Counted from the stretch's first letter, positions 26,581-39,710 are shown. The stretch: 64,000 bases of DNA from Eledone cirrhosa (GCA_964016885.1 OZ024740.1:284084001-284148000), one strand, 5' to 3'. Made by a program: numbers and translations. Notes: generated from the sequence alone by a model not told the origin.

Positions 26581-27039
26581 ATTATGCATATAAGATATTT
26601 GCAATATTTCTTGTAAGGAAGTGTTTAGCAGGTTAACTATTCCGTAAGTATAATATCTATCTCATAATTTGAATGATAAACACGAAGTAACAAATCCTGT
26701 CTGCAGATACAATACAATAATTGAAACAGTGATTAAACATATAAAGTTAAAAAACGGAGCTCATGTTTAATGAGGAAAAAAGAATTGTAATGTTTTTAGA
26801 TAAAAATATAAAATATATCAGATAAAAATTTTCTTCTTTGTGAAAAGTTCTACTGGAAACTTTATTATTTTTTTTTTTCTTGTGTCACATAAACTCAATT
26901 CATTTTGTGAACTTTATTAAGAGTTTTTTGCCAAATCAAGCCATCATGAATTCCCTCTGACTTTTTATGATTTTCTTACTTATGCACACACACACACACA
27001 CTACTGTGGACTCTTTGGTAACAAACAAATTTGCATTAA

Positions 27040-27242
27040 TTTGGATTGGCAGTACCAGTAGAGCAGCAGATACCATGGTTTGAAGCATAGAGTTATGGCC
27101 CTTTGCATCCCTCCGAGGTTAGCTTTGCTTTTCATCCTTATGGGGTTTGATAAAATAAAACACCAGTAATGTACTGGGGTCAATTTAATCAACTTTCGCC
27201 TTCCCCAAAATTGCTGGCCTTGAGCCTATAGTAGAAATCATT
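27040..27242 (+). mobile_element. SINE family A (diverged)
   Basis: Same consensus with an internal deletion. Confidence 0.85.
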
Positions 27243-27472
27243 AATTTGGTAACTAACCAAATCATGTCAAAGAATGATTTCTATACAAAAAAATAGTAAA
27301 ATGAAAAACGAAGTTCATGAAAGGTTATTTGGATTCAAATTCTGTGCATGGGTCTATTAGTGTATTACTTGACTACTTTTTATATTTTATATTCATTTGG
27401 TTTCACTTTACAGCCAGTGTTTGTCCTGTAAGCATTTGTTTTGTCTCTCAATAATTTGATAACTGTTAAATA

Positions 27473-27667
27473 CAGACCTGCTAACCTCTAAAAACCCCAA
27501 AGGGGAGTACCATGAAAAATAGTGCCTCCAAACGGGGAGAAATGAGGCAAAATGGGAAGATTTTACATAATGAAAGCTATACTCATTTACACAAGAGAAA
27601 ACATCACCTATCCACCCCAAAGTGGGTGGGAGATCCCTCCATTGGATGGATACATTTGACAGGTCTG
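27473..27667. mobile_element. MITE (TIR CAGACCTG), same family as 5275-5619, opposite orientation
   Basis: cagacctgctaac ... tttgacaggtctg; taaata on both flanks. Confidence 0.78.
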
Positions 27668-28936
27668 TAAATAAGTTCAGTTTTCTGTTAATATGTATCA
27701 AATAAGACAATACAGTTATAAACAACAATAAATCAATAGTAATCCTTTTTTCTGTTTATTCATTCTTGTATTTACTGTACAAATATAAATTTGTGTTTTA
27801 TTCATTTTTAAAGGGACTAGAATGTTTTTCAACACATTGATGTGTATGTGTATATGTGTGTGCATGTGTGTATTTGCATATGTATACATTTATAAGTATG
27901 AGTATATAAATATAAATGTGCAAACACAGACACACTTACAAAAATACATTCACAGATATACATTCACACAAACACACACAGACTTTCAGTATTGGTTGAG
28001 GTTTTGGTACAAATTGTCTCTATATACATATATTTTAATTAATGTAATAATAAATTATTATGATAATGAATGCAGTTCAGAAACAAATTAGATTCATTAC
28101 TAAAGAATCTGGGATCCAACCAGACCAACTGGAGGTGGCTGCTTCTGAGAGGACCCGCTAGAAGGAGTGTTTGAGGATTCTGCCCCATGACCCTCTCAGG
28201 AATAAGTGGGGGAAGAAGAAAAAAGAGGAGGAGGAGAAGAAGAAGAAGAAGAACAACAACAACAAGAAAGGAGCACTCAAACTTACTTAGTGTGAGAATA
28301 CATGAATCAAAATATACAGTCAATCTGACAGGCTTCCAAACAAGACAACAGTAAATGACATTTGCCCAAAATGCCATGCAATGGAATCAAACCCAGGACT
28401 TAATGATTGTGAAGCAAACTTCTTCACCATTTGGCCATACTGTGTCTATGTTATATTGATATAAATCAGTGAAAATAACTGTATTGCATTTATTTAGATT
28501 TTTGAGTACCTTAAAACCATTTGGGCATCTATTCCATGGGCTTACTCAATACACGCTTACCTCAGTTTACCAATCACTACTGAGTACCCCTATCACCTAC
28601 TTTGTTTTAACATCTATAGTTGTTTATCAGATTAAAGGCAAAGAATTTAATCTATGTACTTTTTGGCAAATGCCATACATAAATCCTTTTCTATACTGGA
28701 AGGAATTTTTAAAAATCTGAACCGAGATTAAGCCTTGTTCTTAATATATAATGCAAAGATTGTAAGCAAAAATAAATACAAAGTATGGAGTGTGCAATTT
28801 TCCAGACTGTGATTTGAGGAAGATTCTGTTGTTCTTTCTAGAAGAGTCTGTGCCCATGTAGAGGTTTCCTTGTTGCTTCATAAAATGTTTACATTATACT
28901 AGGGAGATATGGATGAATTATTCCTAATATCAAAGT

Positions 28937-29125
28937 GTGGTGGATTGGCATTATCAGTAGAGTGTCGGACACCATAATTTGCAGCATAGAGTTATGGCCC
29001 TTTATGGTCGGAGTTCAAATCCTGCCGAGGTTACCTTTGCCTTTCATCCTTACGGGGTCGATAAAATAAAGTACCAGTAATGCACTGGGATAATTGCTGG
29101 CCTTGTGCCAAAAGTAGAAACAATT
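28937..29125 (+). mobile_element. SINE family A
   Basis: Same consensus. Confidence 0.9.
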
Positions 29126-31079
29126 ATTTTTAATATCAAATAACCAGCAATGAAGTATATAATCAGTAGGTAAGATTTGAAGCAAAATGAGTGATGCATC
29201 ATACCTACAATCACAACACATGTAATCATAATCTTTAGATTAAAAAAAATCAATAATATAACACCTGAGCCACTTGATGTTTTTTATGCTTGAAATTAAA
29301 GATAAGAGAAAAAGAGATAGAGAGTGATGTTGAAATTGAAATACATCAATAGATAACATGTAATTACTATCAGAAATTCTTTATTGATGTCTCACAGTCA
29401 AACCAACTCTTTTTTATATCATCAATAGAAATTTCATTCCATGTTTAAATTCTATCCTTTTATATTTTAACTAATAAAACAAAAATATTAATTAAAAAAT
29501 AATTTCAAATACAAAATTATATTTAAGAAATCTAAATTTAAATTCCAATTTAGAATTTAATTAAAACTAATAAGGAATTAAATTAATTTCTCAGACAAAT
29601 CATAAGATGATATAACATTTGATGAATGATTAGGGCCAAGGAAATGTGTTGTGCTCTTAGGAAGTGATACGATATTTACACAAATTGGATTACTTGATTT
29701 GAGGCAATCAAATCTTGTGGAAAAACGAAAAAATAACAAATTCTATGATTCACTTATGATTTTCATCTATCATGCAACTTTACTGTATCATTCAAAGAAC
29801 TCAAGACACTAATGAAATAATTACATGTCCATGAAAACATCTTTGGGCAGGATTGTCAAAACCAATTAAAATCTGCAATTACTTCTTGAAAGAGAAAGTA
29901 AAGACATAAAATGATACTTGCCAAAAAGTAGTTTGGTTTTATATAGTTTGGCTTTATATAGAAAACTGTAATGTGCATATTAACAACTAAAACTTCTGCC
30001 TAAATATATAGAATACCATTTACAGTCAAAAGAGAATGCATAAAAACTAGGTCATAAATTATGTAGATAAACATAGCTTTTTGTTGTTATGTATGTGTGT
30101 GCGTACACGTGCATGTGTGAATATATATATATTTATATTTTTCTTTTTTTGTGGAGTGAGAGTCTCCTAGTCTTCATTAAGACATCTCTCTAGGAGAAGG
30201 TCAATCTGATATAAAACCTGAGACTTGCATCCAATGGTGTAGACCAGTTCTTCTTTTTGGGTAAATGCATTTGATGTTCAGGGAATGGGATTGGCCCCCC
30301 GTGCAAAGTCTTTCCTCACTTAAAAAGCTTCAAGCACAGACATTGCTTGATATGTGACATTTTTTGCGATGCATGGTATAGCTGGCTATAGGCAAGCCCA
30401 TAGCAGGATTAAAAGCCATGTCCATGATCTCATGCTTAAGTATCAAGCAATGGCATTACTCAAAATCGAGTTGCAGTCATCATCATATATATATATAAAT
30501 GTGTGTGTGTATCATCATTATCTTTTATATCTGCTTTTCCATATTTGCATGCGTTGGACGGCTCTTTTCTAGTTCAGCATCCCTCCACTCATTGGTTTTG
30601 GGGTTGGAAGTCTTAACACCAAAGAATGTTTTCCAATAATTTATCAATAAGGAAATACTATTTCTACCTAGTCATGGAAGAGATATATTAGAAAGCAACA
30701 TGTGTACACAAACTCACAAATGTACTTACAAAAACACATGTACACACATATAAACACAAGATTTAGAAACACACACTAATCCCGAGTATTTGTTCACATG
30801 TTTAAAGAATAAGGAAATGGACACACATATACATACAAACATGATATATAGACACATTCACAATATGAAGCACATACAAAAACATGCATCTAATAGCAAA
30901 TGCACTCACAGAGACAACTAAATTTGAAAACAGATACACTCACACATGCAAACATATATACAAACACAAAACCTATAGAGTCATTCTTTATTCCTATCTT
31001 ATCTACATAGACAAATGTACAGGATCAAGTTCAGCAATCATGAATTGTGAACTTTATTTCTTTGGATTGGCAGTAAAGT

Positions 31080-31268
31080 GGGTGGATTGGCAGTATTGGT
31101 AGAGGGTCGGACGCCATGCTTTGACGTATAGAGTTACGGCCTTTGCCATTCTGAGTTCAAATCCCGCCGAGGTTAACTTTGCCTTTCATCCTTATGGGGT
31201 CGATAAAATAAAGTACCAGTAATGCACTGGGTAATTGCTGGCCTTGTGCCAAAAGTAGAAACAATTAT
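31080..31268 (+). mobile_element. SINE family A
   Basis: Same consensus. Confidence 0.9.
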
Positions 31269-31284
31269 TTCTTATATAAATGAA

Positions 31285-32370
31285 ACATTAACATCATTTT
31301 TACATGTTTCCCCATACTTGCATCTGTCCTCTCCAACATTGCCCTCCACTTGAAGCATTACATTGTTATCTCTTTTGTGAAGTTCAGTATCTTGATATCA
31401 GCTTTCACCACATCTATCCAGGTTTTCCTCAACTTACCTCTACATCTTCATTCTACCTAGAATGCCTAGCACTTCTTTGACTAGTGATCATCATCCATAT
31501 GAATTTCAAGTCTGTAACAACATAACCTTCTTTCTTGAAGACTACATCAGATTCTTTGTATTCTCACTTGTACACCTCAGCTTATTTGTGTCTCATCATT
31601 CACGCACATTAACATTACACATACAATAGAGCATGCTCACCTCATTCCTTTCTAGCTCTTGCATATCCTCTACATCCAATGCCCATGTTTCACTACCATA
31701 CAATATCACACTTCATACATAAACATCTAATCTTCATATAATCAAAATTTCACTCAGAGAGAGAATCCCTTCATAGCCAGCAGAGTTAGGTGTTCCCTGA
31801 ATTGTTTTTCCCTTGTTTATATTGTGGCTACCATACTTTTGGAGTACACTGCTCCCCTCCTAAATAAGTCACCTAGATAACAAAAGCTATCAACTACTAA
31901 AGAGCCTTTCTTGGATCAGAAAGACTTTATTTCTCTGCTGCTCTTAATGCATCTACCACAGATAAAATTTCTTTTTTCAGTTAGCCTGCCTGGAATCCCA
32001 GTACACCTCTTGTGCACCCATAGAGTACATTGTATGGAATTTCTCTCTACTCCTACATAATGAACACAGGCATTTTGATGTCAGCAAGGTCTTGTTTTCT
32101 TTCCTACTTACTATAACTCGATAGTAGCGTGAGAGTTGGCAATGTTTTCAGTGAGAAATTCAATGTGCTGTAAAGTATTCATTAGGTTTGGTTTTCAGCC
32201 TTCTCCTATTTATAATAGTTCTCCTGGCCATAGTAGATGAGTTTAAGACCAGCTGCCCTTGAGAGATGTATGATCTAGTATGTATAGCTGAATCTATGGA
32301 TGGTTTAGAGAAGAAATTCCAGATGTGAAACCATACCTAGAATTGAGAGGGCCCCAGAGTAAACTTACAA
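31285..32370 (-). mobile_element. Degenerate RTE LINE with inverted 5' segment
   Basis: 32120 to 31290 (-) encodes the RTE 3' part starting at RVIVSRKENK. 32120-32370 (+) encodes the immediately upstream RT part (VRVGNVFSE..LLLFIIVL..DLV.IAES..LEKKFQ..RVNL). Confidence 0.75.
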
Positions 32371-32530
32371 TATAGGTTTATGGATTATGTTACGTAAGAT
32401 CATGGATAGTATTGAATTCATGATTTATTAAGACAATTGACAGTCTTAATTATAAATGAACACACACACACACATACACACATATACATATGTTTTTAAT
32501 TTAATTATATAATAAACCAAACAATACAAT

Positions 32531-32606
32531 TATTCCATTACCCAAGGTTTCGCAAAGTCAGACGATTCTAACAGAAACGCCTGATTTCGTTCATCAGATG
32601 AAATAT
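32531..32606 (-). ncRNA. Type I hammerhead ribozyme fold (intronic, sense to MCTP)
   Basis: Minus strand: UAUUUCAU-CUGAUGA-[ACGAAAUCAGGCG...CGUCUGACUUUGC]-GAAA-CCUUGGG-UA-AUGGAAUA. 8-bp stem I, long stem II, 3-bp stem III; A instead of G at position 10.1. Confidence 0.65.
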
Positions 32607-32651
32607 CTTTATTATGAATAAAACATATATATATACAGGCACATGGCTAGT

Positions 32652-33076
32652 GAAGGCACATGGCTTAGTGGTTAGAGCATTAGAATTGCAATCAAAAGGT
32701 TGTGAGTTCAATTCTCAGACCGGGTGATGTGTTGTTTCCTTGAGCAAGACACTTTATTTCACATTGCTCCAGTTTACTCAGCTGTAGAAAAGAGATGATA
32801 GGACTGGGGTCCCTATCATTCCACTGCAAAGTCGCCGTGGAGGTGCCACGGCAAAAAAAAAAAGAAAAGCACCCAGCCTACACTGTAAAGTGGATGTGTA
32901 GGCGCCACGAAAAAAAGAGGTTGGAGTTAGGAAGGGCATCCAGCCAGAATCAGTTCCCGTATGAGCAAGACAAGGTCAGCCGACCGGACACTGCCCACAA
33001 CAGGACAACCCGTCTAACCCATGCTAGCGTGGAAGAACGGACGTAAAACGGTGATGATGATGATGATGATGATGAT
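32652..33076 (+). mobile_element. SINE family B: tRNA-like head, ccttgagcaagacac core, RTE-like tail
   Basis: tggcttagtggttagagc...gagttcaattc head; tail cccatgctagcgtggaagaacggacgtaaaacggtgatgatg. Confidence 0.85.
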
Positions 33077-33085
33077 GTGTGTGTG

Positions 33086-33462
33086 TGGAAGATGACATGC
33101 ATTGGTATGCATGTTTTGGCATCTGGTATATCTATTGATAGATATGTTTCTGTAAATGCCATGCATATTGCTTCAATGCCTGTGAAAAAGTCATTCCAGT
33201 ACTCTATTTAACTCTTGTTAATCAGTTGTAAAAGACAGTTGACATTTAATTTTAAAAACAATGATATTACATTAGAGGAAGGTATTTATACAGTGACTAC
33301 CCTTGGGGTTATTATTTATAATGGTTTTGTGTATTGCTGTGAGTAGTTATGCATAATTTATTTTGATAGTGCCGACTGCTGATTAGAGATCTTTCGCTTG
33401 TTTAGATAATAATTTTATTGCTTGGCTTTTCCTTAGTGGTGGTCATGATTTCAATTACTGTT

Positions 33463-33507
<45 letters not shown>

Positions 33508-34716
33508 ATACATACATTATGTATTATATATAACAAATCCTATATAATAGGATCAACAAAATGTGTTTTCCTATTCCTATCTTTTGAATAGCAAACAACA
33601 GTTTTCTGTTTTTATCATTTAAATCTGTGTTTTCAATATTCTAGAATAGTTTTGAAATATGGAGTATGTTTCTTTCTTTCAACACACTAGATAGCTGCAT
33701 TTGTAAATTATTTCTAGAGGCAATATTTCAACAAACAGCTAATTATGACAAAGGAATTAAGAAATTATAAATCTTTTATTACAAGGTATATTTGCAGCAG
33801 CAGCAGCAGCAGTGGCGGCAGAGGTGGTGGTGCAACATTCATTTAATAACTAACTGCATGATAGCAGAACAGCTATTTTAAATTGTATCATATAATATCT
33901 TATATTTATAACATTTTCTGTCTGAATTTTCTTGAGTTTTTCTCCAGTGTTTCTAAAATAAATCTATTTCTAGAACCTAATTTTAAAATATTCTTGCTTT
34001 CTTTGTGAATATTTAAACAATATTTTTTGCAATGATGAAGCAAAAAATGGATTCTTTCAGAAGACTCTGCTACCAAATAATTAAAAGAAGATGCCCTGAA
34101 GTGCTATATAACTTCAAAGGTAGCACAAATAGAAATGGAAAGAAAGTGAACTCAAACCATCCATGGCACTATTAGGTGGTTTCAGGAAATAGGCTCTACA
34201 TGTGAAGTAAACACGTGGCACACAATGAGAATACCATAAAAAGGGTATTGTCAAGCTAGTAAAAAGGTAATTGAAAATATAAATATAATCAAGGATAAAA
34301 TGAGAAATCAAAGCTGTGAAAAAAAGAAACAATATTGTTAACAGTAATTGAAATCATGACCACCACTAAGGAAAAGCCAAACAATAAAGTTATTATCTAA
34401 ACAAACGAAAGATCTGTAATCAGCAGTCGGCACTATCAAAATAAATTATGCATAACTACTCACAGCAATACACAAAACCATTATAAATAATAACCCCAAG
34501 GGTAGTCACTGTATAAATACCTTCCTCTAATGTAATATCATTGTTTTAAAAATTAAATGTCAACTGTCTTTTACAACTGATTAACAAGAGTTAAATAGAG
34601 TACTGGAATGACTTTTTCACAGGCATTGAAGCAATATGCATGGCATTTACAGAAACATATCTATCAATAGATATACCAGATGCCAAAACATGCATACCAA
34701 TGCATGTCATCTTCCA
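33086..34716. repeat. 385-bp near-perfect inverted repeat (33086-33470 / 34332-34716), ~860-bp spacer
   Basis: tggaagatgacatgc...ttaacaatat versus atattgttaa...gcatgtcatcttcca; about 5 mismatches found by eye. Confidence 0.95.
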
Positions 34717-35084
34717 TTCAAACAGAAAAGCAAGCCCATTGCCAGGGATGTGTATTGGATAGCAATGCTTCCCCTACTTTTCACTGGTATACATTCAGAT
34801 TTAGAAAATAGAGTTTATTAAAAAAAAGTCCTGAAATATGTTCCTTAAAGTCATGACTTTAAATAAGAACAAAAAATAAGAACAAAATAAGAACAAAAAT
34901 AAATTAGAAAGATAAATGAAAATAAAAGGTTTACCAAAGAAGCTGGTCAAAAGAATTCCCTGGGGAATTATAGAGCCTACCCAGAATGTTCAGAAGCCCT
35001 TTTCTGAGCACCAAAGCCTGGCAACAGCCCTGCAGAACAGAAATAGCCATGTATATTTGGGAAGATGGACTCTTGGTTCTGTTG

Positions 35085-35430
35085 ACCCCAGTGCATTACT
35101 GGTGCTTTATTTTATCAACCCCATAAGGATGAACGGCAAAGTTAACCTCAGCGGGATTTGAACTCAGAACGTAAAGACCCATAACTCTATGCTACAAAGC
35201 ATAGTATCTGATGCTCTACCGTTACTGCCAATCCACTGTAACATATTAATAATTGTTTCTACTTTTGGCACAAGGCCAGCAATTATCCCAGTATATTACT
35301 GGTACTTTATTTTATCGATCCCGTAAGGATGAAAGGCAAAGTTAACCTCGGCGGGATTTGAACTCAGATCATAAAGGGAGGTAACTCTATGCTTCAAAAC
35401 ATGGCATCCGACCATCTACCGATACTGCCA
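35085..35430 (-). mobile_element. Two SINE family A copies, minus strand
   Basis: Reverse complement of the consensus. Confidence 0.88.
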
Positions 35431-35734
35431 GGAAAAACATAATCATCCATCAAACCAGAAACAACAATACTTGAAGGCCTCTGTTTCACAAATATATATA
35501 TATATATATATATACATATATGATGAAAAGGTATGGCAGATCATAGGCTAATTGCATATACAAGGTACACACAAGAAGTTTTGAGACTTTTTCTTTCCAG
35601 CCACTTTTAATTGTCTATATAATTGTCACCCTATTACATCCTTGATTTGTTTATAATAAGCTAACATGTCAAATCTTTCTTTTCCAGGTTGAAGGTTCAG
35701 GCCGTTACATCTATGTGGCATCTATGCGTTACAT

Positions 35735-38700
35735 CTAGATTCACAGGAGCAGTAAGAAGCAAGAACTTACAGGGAACAAATTCTATCAAATGCTCAGAGG
35801 GCTCCCTAGAAGTAGTTGATGGTTTCCATTACCTGGGTGACCAAATCAGCACACTGGCCAGAGTGAGAGAGGGGTTGAAAAAGTCCAAAGAGCTTCTACC
35901 ACTGCTGGCTACAATGAGTTTTATGCTCAGTGAAAGGTAGATTGTATGATGCTTATGTGCAAATTTCATTGCTGTATACAACTGAAACTTGGAAATTTAT
36001 GGGCAGAGGGCCTATGATGATTGGAAATAAATAAAAATAAGGCACACATGCTCCAATGGATGTGTAATAGTAGTGTAGATGAAAGACGAAACATCAATGG
36101 ATGTGTAATAGTAGTGTAGATGAAAGACGAAACATCAATGGATGTGTAATAGTAGTGTAGATGAAAGACGAAACATCAATGGATGTGTAATAGTAGTGTA
36201 GATGAAAGACGAAACATCAATGGATGTGTAATAGTAGTGTAGATGAAAGACGAAACATCAATGGATGTGTAATAGTAGTGTAGATGAAAGACGAAACATC
36301 AATGGATGTGTAATAGTAGTGTAGATGAAAGACGAAACATCAATGGATGTGTAATAGTAGTGTAGATGAAAGAGGAAACATCAATGGATGTGTAATAGTA
36401 GTGTAGATGAAAGACGAAACATCAATGGATGTGTAATAGTAGTGTAGATGAAAGACGAAACATCAATGGATGTGTAATATTAGTGTAGATGAAAGAGGAA
36501 ACATCAATGGATGTGTAATAGTGGTGTAGATGAAAGAGGAAACATCAATGGATGTGTAATAGTAGTGTAGATGAAAGACGAAACATCAATGGATGTGTAA
36601 TAGTAGTGTAGATGAAAGACGAAACATCAATGGATGTGTAATAGTAGTGTAGATGAAAGACGAAACATCAATGGTTGTGTAATAGTAGTGTAGATGAAAG
36701 AGGAAACATCAATGGATGTGTAATAGTAGTGTAGATGAAAGACGAAACATCAATGGATGTGTAATAGTAGTGTAGATGAAAGACGAAACATCAATGGATG
36801 TGTAATAGTAGTGTAGATGAAAGAGGAAACATCAATGGATGTGTAATAGTAGTGTAGATGAAAGATGAAACATCAATGGATGTGTAATAGTAGTGTAGAT
36901 GAAAGAGGAAACATCAATGGATGTGTAATAGTAGTGTAGATGAAAGACGAAACATCAATGGATGTGTTATAGTAGTGTAGATGAAAGAGGAAACATCAAT
37001 GGATGTGTAATAGTAGTGTAGATGAAAGATGAAACATCAATGGATGTGTAATAGTAGTGTAGATGAAAGACGAAACATCAATGGATGTGTAATAGTAGTG
37101 TAGATGAAAGACGAAACATCAATGGATGTGTAATAGTAGTGTAGATGAAAGAGGAAACATCAATGGATGTGTAATAGTAGTGTAGATGAAAGAGGAAACA
37201 TCAATGGATGTGTAATAGTAGTGTAGATGAAAGACGAAACATCAATGGATGTGTAATAGTAGTGTAGATGAAAGACGAAACATCAATGGATGTGTAATAG
37301 TAGTGTAGATGAAAGACGAAACATCAATGGATGTGTAATAGTAGTGTAGATGAAAGAGGAAACATCAATGGATGTGTAATAGTAGTGTAGATGAAAGACA
37401 AAACATCAATGGATGTGTAATAGTAGTGTAGATGAAAGACGAAACATCAATGGATGTGTAATAGTAGTGTAGATGAAAGACGAAACATCAATGGATGTGT
37501 AATAGTAGTGTAGATGAAAGACGAAACATCAATGGATGTGTAATAGTAGTGTAGATGAAAGACGAAACATCAATGGATGTGTAATAGTAGTGTAGATGAA
37601 AGAGGAAATATCAATGGATGTGTTATAGTAGTGTAGATGAAAGATGAAACATCAATGGATGTGTAATAGTAGTGTAGATGAAAGACGAAACATCAATGGA
37701 TGTGTAATAGTAGTGTAGATGAAAGACGAAACATCAATGGATGTGTAATAGTAGTGTAGATGAAAGACGAAACATCAATGGATGTGTAATAGTAGTGTAG
37801 ATGAAAGAGGAAACATCAATGGATGTGTAATAGTAGTGTAGATGAAAGACGAAACATCAATGGATGTGTAATAGTAGTGTAGATGAAAGAGGAAACATCA
37901 ATGGATGTGTAATAGTAGTGTAGATGAAAGAGGAAACATCAATGGATGTGTAATAGTAGTGTAGATGAAAGAGGAAACATCAATGGATGTGTAATAGTAG
38001 TGTAGATGAAAGACGAAACATCAATGGATGTGTAATAGTAGTGTAGATGAAAGACGAAACATCAATGGATGTGTAATAGTAGTGTAGATGAAAGAGGAAA
38101 CATCAATGGATGTGTAATAGTAGTGTAGATGAAAGAGGAAACATCAATGGATGTGTAATAGTAGTGTAGATGAAAGACGAAACATCAATGGATGTGTAAT
38201 AGTAGTGTAGATGAAAGACGAAACATCAATGGATGTGTAATAGTAGTGTAGATGAAAGACGAAACATCAATGGTTGTGTAATAGTAGTGTAGATGAAAGA
38301 GGAAACATCAATGGATGTGTAATAGTAGTGTAGATGAAAGACGAAACATCAATGGATGTGTAATAGTAGTGTAGATGAAAGAGGAAACATCAATGGATGT
38401 GTAATAGTAGTGTAGATGAAAGAGGAAACATCAATGGATGTGTAATAGTAGTGTAGATGAAAGAGGAAACATCAATGGATGTGTAATAGTAGTGTAGATG
38501 AAAGATGAAACATCAATGGATGTGTAATAGTAGTGTAGATGAAAGACGAAACATCAATGGATGTGTAATAGTAGTGTAGATGAAAGACGAAACATCAATG
38601 GATGTGTAATAGTAGTGTAGATGAAAGACGAAACATCAATGGATGTGTAATAGTAGTGTAGATGAAAGAGGAAACATCAATGGATGTGTAATAGTAGTGT

Positions 38701-39710
38701 AGATGAAAGAGGAAACATCAATGGATGTGTAATAGTAGTGTAGATGAAAGACGAAACATCAATGGATGTGTAATAGTAGTGTAGATGAAAGACGAAACAT
38801 CAATGGATGTGTAATAGTAGTGTAGATGAAAGACGAAACATCAATGGATGTGTAATAGTAGTGTAGATGAAAGAGGAAACATCAATGGATGTGTAATAGT
38901 AGTGTAGATGAAAGACGAAACATCAATGGATGTGTAATAGTAGTGTAGATGAAAGACGAAACATCAATGGATGTGTAATAGTAGTGTAGATGAAAGAGGA
39001 AACATCAATGGATGTGTAATAGTAGTGTAGATGAAAGACGAAACATCAATGGATGTGTAACAGTAGTGTAGATGAAAGACGAAACATCAATGGATGTGTA
39101 ATAGTAGTGTAGATGAAAGACGAAACATCAATGGATGTGTAATAGTAGTGTAGATGAAAGACGAAACATCAATGGATGTGTAATAGTAGTGTAGATGAAA
39201 GACGAAACATCAATGGATGTGTAATAGTAGTGTAGATGAAAGAGGAAACATCAATGGATGTGTAATAGTAGTGTAGATGAAAGACGAAACATCAATGGAT
39301 GTGTAATAGTAGTGTAGATGAAAGAGGAAACATCAATGGATGTGTAATAGTAGTGTAGATGAAAGACGAAACATCAATGGATGTGTAATAGTAGTGTAGA
39401 TGAAAGACGAAACATCAATGGATGTGTAATAGTAGTGTAGATGAAAGACGAAACATCAATGGATGTGTAATAGTAGTGTAGATGAAAGACGAAACATCAA
39501 TGAACTGAGAGAGACAATGAGCATAAAGAAGTGCATGACACTCAGAGTTGATGGAAATTATGGAAGAGGAAGCCCTAGGAAATCTTGGGATGATGTGGTA
39601 AAAGCTGACTTTGTGCAATTAAACCTCACAAAGGAGGTGACACAGTAGCAAGCTGGCTGGTGACAAGCCATACTAAAGAAGACCCACCTGCTCATACATA
39701 GAGGATAAAA
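35735..39710 (+). mobile_element. Degenerate RTE LINE 3' fragment hosting the 41-bp satellite
   Basis: EGSLEVVDGFHYLGDQIS..ELLPLL before the array; NELRE..GRGSPRKSWDDVVKAD after it. Confidence 0.85.
36054..39502 (+). repeat. Tandem satellite, 84 x 41 bp (caatggatgtgtaatagtagtgtagatgaaagacgaaacat)
   Basis: First CAATG at 36054 and last at 39498; 3444/41 = 84 exactly, so no net indels. Confidence 0.97.

Noticed and set aside
33086-34716. Inverted repeat as transposon TIRs
   Set aside because: No TSD, no recognisable superfamily terminus and no transposase in the spacer; kept as a local duplication pending a copy-number search.
36054-39502. CRISPR-like array
   Set aside because: Units are contiguous with no unique spacers, there are no cas genes, the context is eukaryotic, and the unit derives from a LINE.
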